From the IMG/VR virus record IMGVR_UViG_2663762908_000009: DNA of 35,487 nt; one strand, given 5' to 3'. A program made the translations under genes and the position numbers. The notes below the pieces were generated by a model that worked only from the letters and a program-made list of their open reading frames with translations, was not told the origin of the DNA and made no database searches. This DNA comes from a virus (taxonomy: Duplodnaviria > Heunggongvirae > Uroviricota > Caudoviricetes). Positions 1 through 11,211 of the stretch are shown here, in pieces (positions within the stretch are counted from its first letter, which is position 1; each line of letters starts with the position of its first letter).

Positions 1-117
1 ATGAATGAAGCCGTTAAACAGATTGAGCAGGAAGTGCTTACCACCTGGCCCACAGAGGCAATTTCTCATGCTGAAAACGTGGTGTACCGGCTGTCCGGTA
101 TGTATGAGTTTGTGGTG
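1..117 (+). CDS. G: lambda-like tail assembly chaperone G, internal fragment at contig edge
   Basis: Translation MNEAVKQIEQEVLTTWPTEAISHAENVVYRLSGMYEFVV matches the middle of lambda gpG from memory; cut by N-run at 118. Confidence 0.65.
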
Positions 118-465
118 NNNNNNNNNNGGGTGATCTAATGAATCACGCCGCAATCTCTTATGACGATATTGTCCGCCTGAAGCATCTTCGTAACGTGGGG
201 GAGTTTGTCACCGGAATGGCTGTTCTTCAGGATTGCTACGAAAAACCTGCCGGTGCTCAATGTGAGCAACTGGTTTCCCTGATTTATCTGATGACAGAGC
301 AGCTTGATGGCGTGGTACANNNNNNNNNNAATGTATTCCTGAAGCGTTCTCAGTGCTGTTTGGTCGCGGATAATTCCGTCCCGGATATCGAGAACGTTTC
401 GTCCAGCAACTGGAGAGAGTTCGACGGTGGCATCATTGCCCATGCCGGAGGCGCNNNNNNNNNNA

Positions 466-924
466 TGGCTGAGTGAGGCCGACCGGCGGCTGCAGGTGCA
501 GAGTGATTTGCCGTGGTGGCTGGTTTGCCGGGGGGCGATTCACAAGTTCCGCTGTGTGCCACATCTTTCCGGGCGGCGCTTTGAGCACGGGGTGACGGAC
601 TGTTACACGCTGTTCCGGGATGCTTACCATCTGGCGGGGATTGAGATGCCGGATTTTCATCGCGAGGATGACTGGTGGCGTAACGGTCAGAATCTCTATC
701 TGGATAATCTGGAGGCCACAGGGCTGTATCAGGTGCCGTTGTCAGCGGCGCAGCCGGGCGATGTGCTGCTGTGCTGTTTTGGTTCATCGGTGCCGAATCA
801 TGCCGCCATTTACTGTGGTGACGGTGAGCTGCTGCACCATATTCCTGAACAACTGAGTAAACGAGAGAGGTACACCGACAAATGGCAGCGACGCACACAC
901 TCCCTCTGGCGTCACCGGGCATGG
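466..924 (+). CDS. K: lambda-like tail assembly protein K (NlpC/P60 peptidase), C-terminal fragment
   Basis: WLSEADRRLQVQSDLPWWLVCRG...GVTDCYTLFRDAYHLAGIEMPDF...; NlpC/P60 Cys motif; bounded by N-runs. Confidence 0.75.
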
Positions 925-934
925 NNNNNNNNNN

Positions 935-949
935 TTATCCCACGCTAAG
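935..949 (+). repeat. inner part of a Tn3-family terminal inverted repeat, outer part lost in N-run
   Basis: ...CACGCTAAG overlaps the 3' end of tnpA, as in Tn21-type IRs (recalled ...AAGCACGCTAAG). Confidence 0.3.
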
Positions 950-3746
950 ACTGTTTTTTGTACAAAGCGGTATCGACTGTACGTAATGAGCGGTATTTTC
1001 CGGATCCCAGCTTAAGATTATTACGCCAGACGTAATCTCCACTCAGATTGATATGTTCCCAGCCCAGGGGAGAAAGATGAGAGACCAGTTGCTCATTTAT
1101 CGGGATACCCTTTCGTTTTAGTGACTCAATAGCTCTTTCTATATATACCGTGTTCCACAACGTGATCGCTGCTGTCAGTAATGTCAGCCCGCTGGCGCGA
1201 TAACTCTGATTCTCCAGCCCACGATCCCTTATTTCACCCAGACGGTGCAAAAAGACCGCTCGCGCAAGGGCATTACGGGCCTCACCCTTATTCAGCCCCG
1301 CCTGCACGCGTCGGCGCAGACCGGGATCACGGAACCAGTCCAGCATAAATAGTGTCCGTTCGATGCGGCCAATCTCTCTCAGCGCTTTGGCAAGTCCATT
1401 CTGTTTTGGGTAACTGGCTAACTTTTTCATCATCAGTGATGCGGTGACTGTCCCCTGCTTAATCGAGGTTGCCAGGCGCAATACCTCATCCCAGTGCGAC
1501 TCAATGTCTTTGATATTCAGGCAGGTTGTTGATATGACAGACTGAAGCCCCGGATAGCGCTCGGCCTTTCCATGAATAAACAGCCGCTTGTCATGAAGAT
1601 CACGGATCCTTGGCGCAAAAGCGAATCCCAGCAGGTGCATCAGGGCGAAAACATGTTCAGTGAAGCCTGCGGTATCGGTGTAATGCTCGGTAATTTCCAG
1701 ATCGCTTTCATGGTACAGCAGGCCATCAAGCACGTGGGTTGAGTCGCGCACCCGGCTGATCACTTTGGCGTAGAACGGGCTGTATTGGTCTGAGATATGC
1801 GTATAAATCTGCACGCCCGGCTCCTGACCATATTTAAGATTGACCTGACCGGCATAACGTCCGTGACTGCCTACCCGAAAGTTCTGCCCGTCTGACGACG
1901 ATGTTGTCCCGTCGCCCCAGAATGCGGCCAGAGGCCGCTCTTTCTGTGCGTTAACCAGCTCGGCCAGTGCCGCTGAATAAGTTTCATCCCTGATGTACCA
2001 TGTCTGAATACCTTCGAGTGACGATCTTGTGGCCCCAGGGCAGGATTCCGCCATTTTTGTCAGCCCAAGGTTGATGCCGTCAGCCAGAATGGTGGTCAGC
2101 AACAGTCTTCCGTCTTTTGGTCTGACGTTATTATTTTTGAGGTGCGCGAAGTGACGCGTAAATCCCGTCCAGCTATCAACTTCTTCCAGTATCTCCGTAA
2201 TTTTCGGATGGGGAAGCATGCCATAGACCAAATCTGCAAAGGGCGAAACACCTGAAGGAACGCTGTTCTCCAGTGGAGTGATTTTTACGCCTTTATCTGA
2301 GATATCTACATCGGGCAAATCACCGGCAAGCGCCATCGCGTTAACTTCTTCCAGCCGAGATGCAAGAAGAGTCATACGGGCCTGAAGGTATGCCTGGCTA
2401 TCGGTCTGAACGGCCAACTGTAACTGGTCATTATGTCGGGATTTCTCAAACTCAGCAGTCGGGATGAGATAATCATCAAAATTTTTGTAGCGGCGCGATC
2501 CTTTTACCCAGATATCACCGGAACGTAATGCACCCTTGAGTTCATTCAGTACGCAAAACTCGTAGTACTTGCGGTCGATGCCTGAAGGCGTGAGCACCAG
2601 TTTTCGCCAGCTTTCAGGGATAAACCCTGTTGGCGCTGATGGCGGCACTTTACGAAGTTGTTTACGGTACATTTCCGTTATGGTGTCCAGCGCATCGCTG
2701 AGCGCCTGCGCCGCAGGTGTCGCCATGAACTGCAATGCTGACAGCATACGCGGGGCATATTTACGCAACGTACTGTATTTTTCGGTGATCAGATGAAGCG
2801 CGTCGAAATTGCCCTTACGGGAAAGAAACCGCGTTTCTTCCACGCTGTTGATGAATTCCTGCCAGGGAAGGACATCTTCTATTGCAGTCCAGGGATCTTC
2901 CCCGGATTCTCTGGCGTTAAGTAACGCCTGCCCGACGGTAACGTACTGCTTCAGCTTGCTCTGAATAAGCTTTCCCGTTTGCTGGAGCCGTTCGGCCTGC
3001 GTGCGTTTTGCCCTGCTGAACAGACTACCCAGGATACGCTCGTGCAGATCAATCACTTCGTCAGTCAGGGTGGCCCTGGCCTCTGTTATTATACAAACCA
3101 GCGTAGCGTAACGTCTGACATCGGTGAATTTTGCCAGGTCCCTGCTGCTCATTTTCCGGCCCTCACGCGCCAGTTTAAGCAACCTGTTCTGGTGAACGGA
3201 AAGTGCAATACCATCAGGCAACCCCAGCGCAGCGATGGAATTAAGCCGGTCGATATGTTGCAGCACATTTTTACCGTTTATTTTACCCGGAGGCTGTAGC
3301 AGCCATGCCAGACGGGAAGGTTGTTCACCCTCTGATATGAGCAGGCTGTCGAGTGCTGATTTATGCTGCTTTTCCAGTTGCGCGGTAAGTGTCGAAAATA
3401 CCGATCTGTTAGCGAGCGTGACGACTTCGGCAAGCGTCCGTTCGATCACTTCAACAGAAGGGAAAATAACATTATTGTTATGTAGCCAGCTGAGCATTTC
3501 TTCCGCCAGCATAAATCCTTTGTCAGTTCGCATGGCATAGGGGTGCAGATGACGGATACAGTCTTTTTGCATTGACCGGCTGAACGGGGATAGTTCCAGG
3601 TAGCGATAAAGTTCGGTCAGATGTTCCCAGCGGGTTTGCTCTCTGGATGCATATTCCGGCCATAAATCAGGCTGAAGTTTCAGTCGGGAACCTGAATCTG
3701 AGACAACATCTGGCAAGGCTGGGACGGAAGTCACTGTCGTTCTCAA
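945..3746 (-). CDS. tnpA: Tn3-family (Tn21-subgroup-like) DDE transposase TnpA, N-terminally truncated; first codons are read through from an IS1 remnant
   Basis: 933-aa ORF; C-terminal region [13 protein letters not shown]...[11 protein letters not shown]...YHESDL...[21 protein letters not shown]...[14 protein letters not shown] typical of Tn3/Tn21 TnpA; alignment starts near residue ~90 of Tn21 TnpA. Confidence 0.8.
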
Positions 3747-3823
3747 AATCGGTGGAGCTGCATGACAAAGTCATCGGGCATTATCTGAACATAAAACACT
3801 ATCAATAAGTTGGAGTCATTACC
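3689..3823 (+). mobile_element. IS1 right-end remnant (insB 3' codons plus IRR)
   Basis: Encodes [39 protein letters not shown]-stop and ends ...AAGTTGGAGTCATTACC; synonymous differences from canonical IS1. Confidence 0.75.
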
Positions 3824-4388
3824 CGCTTTTTTCTCAGCTATCGTCCTCTTATTTTGCCGTTACATTTCTTTTTGCACTCTAATGATTAATTTACAATAAT
3901 AATATCGGTAATTATTGAGTAATAATAAATTGATTATTGCAAATGTAATTTAATTCCATCTTCGCGTTATATTCCAATCTTTAATCTCCGCATGGAACAA
4001 GTTGCATGCGTGACTATATTAAGACAACTTATAACCACCAAAACATTTGCTTTGCAAGCAAAAACAGTGACCATTGACTCTAAGAAAATTCCGATCTATT
4101 GTTAGGATCATCAAAGTTACTTAACAGTATTCCGAAATGAAAATACAAAGCAAGCTAATTGTCTTATTAAACATTATCATTGCATTTATATTATTTGAGC
4201 TTTTAGCTCAAAAATTTGGTTTGAGTACATTATTTTAAAGCAAGATAAACAATATCGGGCACTCTAGTTTTTATAATTAACAATTAAACGTCCATAAAAT
4301 GTTATTTACTTTTCTTCGCTATTGTCATATCTTAATATTGTGGCTTACGCCACTCTACTTTCATCACATTTTGTACGTTTATGTACTC

Positions 4389-4421
4389 GCCATGAAGCTC
4401 TTTCATGGCGATTTTTTATTC
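4389..4421 (+). terminator. intrinsic terminator-like hairpin (CGCCATGAA-GCTC-TTCATGGCG followed by ATTTTTTATT)
   Basis: Perfect 9-bp stem, 4-nt loop, T-run on + strand, inside an AT-rich ORF-poor region. Confidence 0.4.
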
Positions 4422-4683
4422 TTAATCCAAGAACATACTCCCTACCTATAGCAAAATCACTTTTTTAACAAAAGAATAACGTATTTAGGTAATCATTACG
4501 AATTTACCCTATAGGTGCTACTGGCCATTCAATATCCGGTGCTACTGATGTATCAACACTGTTCAGCAACACCCGATATGTCTTCCATGCCGTCAGTAAC
4601 GATGTCTCTTCCTCCGTTGCGATCTCCAGCTCAGCAACAGTCTGAACGTACCAGGAACAGCCTCCTTCAGGGCTTGAAGGATA

Positions 4684-5011
4684 TCAATGTTCGCTTCCTG
4701 TTAACTGCCGGACAAGTGCAACCAGTTCGCTTACCTGATTTTCCAGAGTGCTGATCCGGGTGCCTGCTGTTGCCAGATTTTGACGTAGCGTTGTGTTTTC
4801 CTCTTCCAGCGCGGTAACGCGATCATCTGTTTCACGGGCGACCTGAACAAGTAACCCCGTCACGGCGGCGTAGTCAACATTCAGATAACGTGTTTCTTCA
4901 CGTAATTCATTGCCGTCAACCGTTGGTCCCTGCAACTCTTCACCGTAATGAGTAAACGATCCCACAGCTTCTGGTATCGCCTCCATTACTTCCTGTGCAA
5001 TAACGCCAGCA
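4684..5011 (-). CDS. tail fibre/tailspike C-terminal intramolecular chaperone domain (peptidase S74-like), 5' part lost at contig edge
   Basis: ...GVIAQEVMEAIPEAV...YLNVDYAAVTGLLVQVARET...coiled-coil tail; resembles S74 chaperone consensus. Confidence 0.45.
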
Positions 5012-5022
5012 NNNNNNNNNNG

Positions 5023-5178
5023 AACACCTATTTCTCCTCACTGGATAACATGGTTGCCCAGGGCAATGTTCTGCCTGTTCTGTACGGTGAAATGCGCGTG
5101 GGGTCACGCGTGGTTTCTCAGGAGATCAGCACGGCAGACGAAGGGGATGGTGGTCAGGTTGTGGTGATTGGTCGCTGA
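5023..5178 (+). CDS. I: lambda-like tail tip assembly protein I, C-terminal fragment
   Basis: NTYFSSLDNMVAQGNVLPVLYGEMRVGSRVVSQEISTADEGDGGQVVVIGR-stop matches lambda gpI C-terminus from memory. Confidence 0.7.
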   Translation, partial: NTYFSSLDNMVAQGNVLPVLYGEMRVGSRVVSQEISTADEGDGGQVVVIGR

Positions 5179-5192
5179 TGCNNNNNNNNNNG

Positions 5193-5369
5193 CGCCGCCA
5201 GCTTGCGTACAAGCAGCTCTGGCGTGGCGGTCAGGTGCTTGCTGTTCCGCCAGCGTATACAAGCCAGCGTTGCGCGTACTGTGGTCATACAGCGAAAGAG
5301 AACCGCCTGTCACAAAGTAAATTCAGATGCCAGGTATGTGGATATACAGCGAACGCCGATGTAAATGGC
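5193..5369 (+). CDS. tnpB: IS200/IS605-family TnpB (OrfB) C-terminal zinc-finger fragment
   Basis: PPAYTSQRCAYCGH...FRCQVCGYTANADVNG: CxxC...CxxC zinc finger typical of the TnpB C-terminus; bounded by N-runs. Confidence 0.55.
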
Positions 5370-5380
5370 NNNNNNNNNNA

Positions 5381-5416
5381 GCCGATCTGACTTATGTCAT
5401 TACCTATGAAATGTGA
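5381..5416 (+). CDS. U: lambda-like tail terminator U, last 11 codons
   Basis: [11 protein letters not shown]-stop immediately before the V start, as in lambda. Confidence 0.5.
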
Positions 5417-5423
5417 GGACGCT

Positions 5424-5561
5424 ATGCCTGTACCAAATCCTACAATGCCGGTGAAAGGTGCCGGGACCACCCTGTGGGTTTATAAGGGGAGCGGTGACCC
5501 TTATGCGAACCCGCTTTCAGACGTTGACTGGTCGCGTCTGGCAAAAGTTAAAGACCTGACG
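5424..5561 (+). CDS. V: lambda-like major tail protein V, N-terminal fragment
   Basis: [46 protein letters not shown]; cut by N-run. Confidence 0.8.
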
Positions 5562-5572
5562 NNNNNNNNNNA

Positions 5573-6730
5573 CAATCCGTTGTTGGTAACAATATTGGTC
5601 TTGGTGAAGTTGCCATGACCTGCACTGATATCTCTGTTGAGCCATCAGGTTATATTGGATTTGTCAGGATTTACATCTCAGCGAAAGGTTATCCATCAGT
5701 AGCGTCTAGTGCCGGGGATAATCTTATTTCTGGTTATATAGTTAGATCAGAAGTGTCAACAAAAAGATATTCCGGTCTATTTGTTGGTTCAGATACAAAA
5801 TCATTGTATTCGTACATTTACAGCCAAAGTTCTGGCCCGCAATGGATACGTCATACCCGCAGAGATGAATTAAGCCGCTTTGGTCAAAATGAATCAACAA
5901 CTCGTATGTATGGTCCAACTGGTGATCGTTTCTTTGAAATCCATACTAACGGGAGTTGGGGGGGTTATGATTCTTCTTCTGGACAATGGTCTCCGTTAGG
6001 TTTAGCCCAGGGCGGTACTGGTGGAAGAACTATCGAGCAAGCACGTGCGAACTTGCGGGTAATGTATGAGCAAAAAGCTGGCCTTGCTAATACTGACCTA
6101 AACACCCTTACCGGTGAATATTCTGGTTTCTATCAACAACCAACGAGCGCTTACGCAACAGAAGAATTAAATTACCCAATCGGTCTGGCGGGCGCTTTAA
6201 TAGTGCTCCAAACGAGAGCCAACACTGCTTCTTCCTGCGTTCAGGTGTACTACCCTTATAATAATCCGGGAATTACTTATAGACGAATATATGAAGGAGG
6301 TAGCGGTACCTGGTCTGAATGGAAGAGAGATGTATCAACAGAAAGGGTTGAAGAGGGAAAAGAAACAACTTACGTATATTCTACGTATTCTTCAGGCGCA
6401 CCACGCTTACAGGTTTCCAAATCTGGTTTGTGGGGTTGTCATAATGGCACTGGCTGGTTGCCATTAGCTGTTGGGCAAGGAGGTACAGGTGCGACAACAG
6501 TAGAAGATGCGCGAAACAACTTAAGTCTTGGCGAAAGTAGCGCAGTTAAATTTAAAAACCTTACTTTAACCGAAGCGCTCGACACGACATTAGGACTGCT
6601 TACAAAAACAGGACGAGACTGGAACACGCAGCATACTGATAACATTAATAAATTTATACCAATTGCAGGCAGTACAAACGGCCCGGCAGGTTCTATGGTT
6701 CTTGGCGGCATTCATGTTCAATTTAGTAAA
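5573..6730 (+). CDS. phage side tail fibre protein, internal/distal fragment
   Basis: Open frame across the whole contig; repeated LAQGGTGGRTIEQARANL / LAVGQGGTGATTVEDARNNLSLG motifs typical of Stf/gp37-type fibres. Confidence 0.5.
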
Positions 6731-6856
6731 NNNNNNNNNNCCCCCTTCTTCTATGAATAACAACTCACTTTTTCATAATAATAAAGTTGTAAAGGTTAGC
6801 CAGAAATGCGCCGATAGCACTTATAAGACAACACAGCAAATAAGGAAAATAACGAT

Positions 6857-8761
6857 ATGTCATGGATTTATCGTATTTCTATGAGAATGAAGTTATTTAT
6901 CGCGTTATTCCCTCTGCTACTTGCGCTGATATGGTTTGCCGGTTCAGGCATGCTCAGCCGCATCGGTACCGAACGACAGATGGACACTATCGGTCAGTTA
7001 ACAACGCTTGCCCGCAGCACGGGAGACGTTGTTCATCAACTGCAACGTGAACGTGGAATGAGCGCCGGTTTTATCGGTGCGCGTGGGCAGCAGTTCCGCG
7101 ATGAAATCCTCGTGCAGCGGAAATTAACTGACGACGCACTGGTAAAGTTAAACAAGGCGTTAGCCCGGACGGATACGAATTTAATACAGGGCAATATTGC
7201 CGCCACACTGAAAATGTTTAAAGACAATATTCAGTCCCTCGACGCCACCCGTAATGCAATAAGCGCGCTGAATATAGAGGCGTCAAAGTCGACGCAGTTC
7301 TATACGCAGACCATCTCCGGGTTGCTGAGTTTCGTTGGTGGTATAGGTCAGTTAAGCGCCTCCGGCCCAATGGTGAATGAGCTGGCAGCCTTCTATAGCC
7401 TGCTGAATTTAAAGGAGCAGGCCGGGATCGAGCGCGCACTGCTCACCAATGTCTTCTCTGTTGATCGCTTTAGCGACGGTCAATTCCGTATGCTCAGTGA
7501 TGTGGTGGGTAAACAAGAAGCCTGGCTGACCGCCACCCGCCGCTTTAGTAGCGAAGCTCAGGCTGCAGAGCTGGATAAAGCCCTTGCGTCGGCCGAAGTC
7601 ACCCGCGCTCTTGAGCTGAGAACGATTGCCTTGAATAAAGCGCAGGAAGGTGGATTTGGCGTTAAACCGACGGACTGGTTTACTGCCCAGACCAAACGCA
7701 TTGAGATACTTCGCCAGGTAGAAACCCAGGCGGCGGATGCCCTGCTCGCACATTCGGCGGCACTGGCCCACAACGCACGTGTTGACTGGCAATCCTTTCT
7801 GGCGATCAGTCTGATTGCCCTGCTCATTGCTATTGTCTTTGCCATGATAGTGGTGCGCAGTATTCAACAACAACTAACCAACACACTGAAAACCATCAAT
7901 GAGATGGACGGCGATTTGACCCGCCGCCTCGATGTACCGGGTAGCGACGAGCTCTCTGCTCTTAATCGCGCCTACAATCAGGCAATCGAAAACATTCAGC
8001 ATATCGTGCAGGAAATTAAATCGGGTGCGCTGATACTCAGTAACGCCAGCAGTGATATTACCGACGGTAACCAGGATTTGGCTCAGCGTACCGATGAGCA
8101 GGCTGCATCCATCGTTGAAACCGCCGCCAGTATGGAACAGATATCGACGGCTATCTCCCAGACGGCCCATAACGCCAGCGAGGCGGAGCGACTGACCCAG
8201 TCGATGGCAAATGATGTCATGGATGCGACCCGCGTTTCCAACGAGGCCAGCCAGAGCATGGCGGCTATCCGTTCGTCCAGCGACAATATTTTCCAGATTG
8301 TGGCGTCAATCGATGAGATCTCGTTTCAAACCAACTTACTGGCGCTAAACGCCGCAGTTGAAGCCGCCCGCGCGGGGGAACTGGGCAAAGGTTTCGCCGT
8401 TGTGGCGGCAGAGGTGCGTCATCTCTCCCAACGCTGTGCCAGAGAGGCCAGCCTGATTCGGGAGTTGGTTAATCAGAATATGAATAACATTGGCGAAGGG
8501 GTGCAACGGGTTTCGGCGTCCGAGGCGGCACTGAAAGCGGCAGCGGATACAACCGGGCGGATGAAGCAATATGTCAGTGATATCGCCCGCGCAGCCAATG
8601 AACAATCGCTTGGCGTAACACAAGTGCATCAGGCACTGAATCAACTGGAGCAGGTCACTCAGCAAAACGCGGCGCTGGTTTCCCAGATGGCAACCGCCAG
8701 TCAAATGCTTGACGCACAGTCGAAATCGATGTCCACGCTTGTTGACCGCTTTGTATCCTGA
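6857..8761 (+). CDS. methyl-accepting chemotaxis protein with periplasmic NIT-type (nitrate/nitrite-sensing) domain
   Basis: N-terminal TM helix, HQLQRERGMSAGFIG motif, second TM, HAMP, MCP signalling domain (EISFQTNLLALNAAVEAARAGELGKGFAVVAAEVRHL); AGGA 10 nt upstream; an ATG at 6884 is an alternative start. Confidence 0.8.
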   Translation: MSWIYRISMRMKLFIALFPLLLALIWFAGSGMLSRIGTERQMDTIGQLTTLARSTGDVVHQLQRERGMSAGFIGARGQQFRDEILVQRKLTDDALVKLNKALARTDTNLIQGNIAATLKMFKDNIQSLDATRNAISALNIEASKSTQFYTQTISGLLSFVGGIGQLSASGPMVNELAAFYSLLNLKEQAGIERALLTNVFSVDRFSDGQFRMLSDVVGKQEAWLTATRRFSSEAQAAELDKALASAEVTRALELRTIALNKAQEGGFGVKPTDWFTAQTKRIEILRQVETQAADALLAHSAALAHNARVDWQSFLAISLIALLIAIVFAMIVVRSIQQQLTNTLKTINEMDGDLTRRLDVPGSDELSALNRAYNQAIENIQHIVQEIKSGALILSNASSDITDGNQDLAQRTDEQAASIVETAASMEQISTAISQTAHNASEAERLTQSMANDVMDATRVSNEASQSMAAIRSSSDNIFQIVASIDEISFQTNLLALNAAVEAARAGELGKGFAVVAAEVRHLSQRCAREASLIRELVNQNMNNIGEGVQRVSASEAALKAAADTTGRMKQYVSDIARAANEQSLGVTQVHQALNQLEQVTQQNAALVSQMATASQMLDAQSKSMSTLVDRFVS

Positions 8762-8842
8762 GATAACGGAAAGCAGACATCAGGTCTATCCGGGTGTCTG
8801 CCGCCCTCTCAGGACTCAACAACGCTTAATTATATTAACCGT

Positions 8843-8909
8843 AGGTAATGACTCCAACTTACTGATAGTGTTTTATGTTCAGATAATGCCCGATGACCTT
8901 GTCATGCAG
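8843..8909 (-). mobile_element. IS1 terminal fragment (IRR end) at contig edge
   Basis: GGTAATGACTCCAACTTACTGATAGTGTTTTATGTTCAGATAATGCCCGATGAC... equals the IS1 right end in reverse orientation. Confidence 0.75.
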
Positions 8910-8919
8910 NNNNNNNNNN

Positions 8920-8955
8920 GCCGTTATGTTCAAATGATTCGGTTTTCAGGAACAT
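8920..8955 (-). CDS. G: lambda-like G, first 12 codons
   Basis: Minus-strand MFLKTESFEHNG directly after the V stop. Confidence 0.55.
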
Positions 8956-8970
8956 CGCTGACTCTCCGGA

Positions 8971-9361
8971 TTAACTGTCGGTGACAGTGATTTCTGCAAC
9001 CGCAGCAAGTTCACCATTACCGGATACAACCGGAATGTTGACCTTACCTGCAGCAACGCCTTTCACGGTGATGGTTATACCACTGACCGACACGGTGGCT
9101 TTTGTTTTATCCGCTGACACCGCACGGAAGCTCTTGTCAGTTGCGCCCTCCGGCTGGAATGCCACGGTCAGCGTGGTGCTCTGCCCTTTCACCACCGAGG
9201 AGCTGGCAGGCGTCACGGTCATACCGGTTGCCGCCGTCACCGTACTGCGATCTTCTGCCATTGACGGACGGCCCACATTGGTGACCTTCACCGTACGGGT
9301 GATCACTTCCTTCGCCGTCACCGCCTTACCGATACTGCTGACCCAGCCACGGAACACATCG
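8971..9361 (-). CDS. V: lambda-like major tail protein V, C-terminal Ig-like (Big_2) part
   Basis: [30 protein letters not shown]...[19 protein letters not shown]-stop. Confidence 0.8.
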
Positions 9362-9452
9362 NNNNNNNNNNTACCATTTGACCGGAATGTGAATATTTAT
9401 GGTGGGCTATTGGCAAAAAAATATCTGGAAAGTAGATCGCAGAAAATAAAAA

Positions 9453-9480
9453 AACCTGCTGGTGAGGCAGGTTCTTTTAT
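9453..9480. terminator. hairpin AACCTGC-TGGTGAG-GCAGGTT flanked by A-run and T-run (possible bidirectional terminator)
   Basis: 7-bp stem, T-run downstream on +, A-run upstream. Confidence 0.35.
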
Positions 9481-9797
9481 TTACTACTTTGATGTTAAGT
9501 TACTGATAGTGCAACATGGCATCTCAACGAACGAATTATAACCACCTCTGGACAGTGTTGCAATTAAGATAATGAGATTTATAATCCTGACTGTTGGGAA
9601 GTTGCGCCGGATCGAACCCATTTCAAGTCCTGGCTACCGGACGGGTGGTGCCGCAGGTAGTGCTCTGATCCGGAGTGCAACATGGCGACTCAACAAACGT
9701 AAACCAGTATCGACAGGCAGTGTAAGGTGCTGGTGTTGCGCTCCTTAATAAGGAGAGCGGATGGACACGCTGACACAAAAGTTAACCNNNNNNNNNN

Positions 9798-10075
9798 TGA
9801 ACGGAGTCTTCATGCCAGCGGGTATCGCTGTAATGGGTCAGCTGGCGATTCTTGTCTCCTGCATAGCTGAACGACGTCACCATCCCCAGTGTGTCCGTAA
9901 ACTCATAACGGTATTTCACGTTAATCCCGTTCAGATCATCACTGCCGGGAACGTTGGTCCGGGCATGAAGATACCCCGCGCTCAGCGTGGACTGATGTTC
10001 AGACGCCCATGCAGGCGCACAGGATACGGCCAGACAAATGGCTGCGGACAAAATGGCTGCACAAACTTTACGCAT
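9798..10075 (-). CDS. lom: Lom-family outer membrane protein (Ail/Lom), N-terminal fragment
   Basis: MRKVCAAILSAAICLAVSCAPAWA signal peptide then GINVKYRYEFTD; lies downstream of J as in lambda. Confidence 0.7.
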
Positions 10076-10141
10076 AATTACCTCTCGCTTTTCTGCAATA
10101 AAAAAGGCGTCATTTCTGACGCCCGTTCTGGGTTATAAAAT

Positions 10142-11076
<935 letters not shown>

Positions 11077-11211
11077 NNNNNNNNNNCGCCAGCGCCGCGG
11101 GTGCCTCTCCGGCAGTCAGGCTGTCGCCGGATACTGCATCCGTCAGGCGGCTGATCCCAAGCTGGCCTGCAAGCGCACAAAAGAAAACCCGCGCATAGGC
11201 GNNNNNNNNNN

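Noticed and set aside
128-454. ORF fragments on both strands in two tiny contigs (for example MNHAAISYDDIVRLKHLRNVGEF... on + and ...HAIKLLCHQINQGNQLL... on -)
   Set aside because: Both strands are open, the pieces are about 190 and 125 nt between N-runs, and I could not assign either frame to a family; only a weak resemblance of ...GGIIAHAGG to the K N-terminal domain
2569-3540. Plus-strand ORFs of 75-106 aa overlapping tnpA
   Set aside because: Antisense to a strongly supported transposase ORF; no start signals
4515-4754. 79-aa plus-strand ORF at the edge of the AT-rich island
   Set aside because: Overlaps the 3' end of the minus-strand tail-fibre gene, has no RBS and a low-complexity translation
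7036-8704. Minus-strand ORFs of 63-154 aa inside the chemoreceptor gene
   Set aside because: Antisense shadow ORFs in a GC-normal gene
9590-9680. tRNA-like T-loop sequence (GGGTTCGATCC on the minus strand)
   Set aside because: No acceptor or D-arm pairing could be built around it; not a tRNA
11087-11201. 115-nt contig with an open minus-strand frame (AYARVFFCALAGQLGISRLTDAVSGDSLTAGEAPAALA)
   Set aside because: Too short and unassignable; probably a phage structural gene fragment but unsupported
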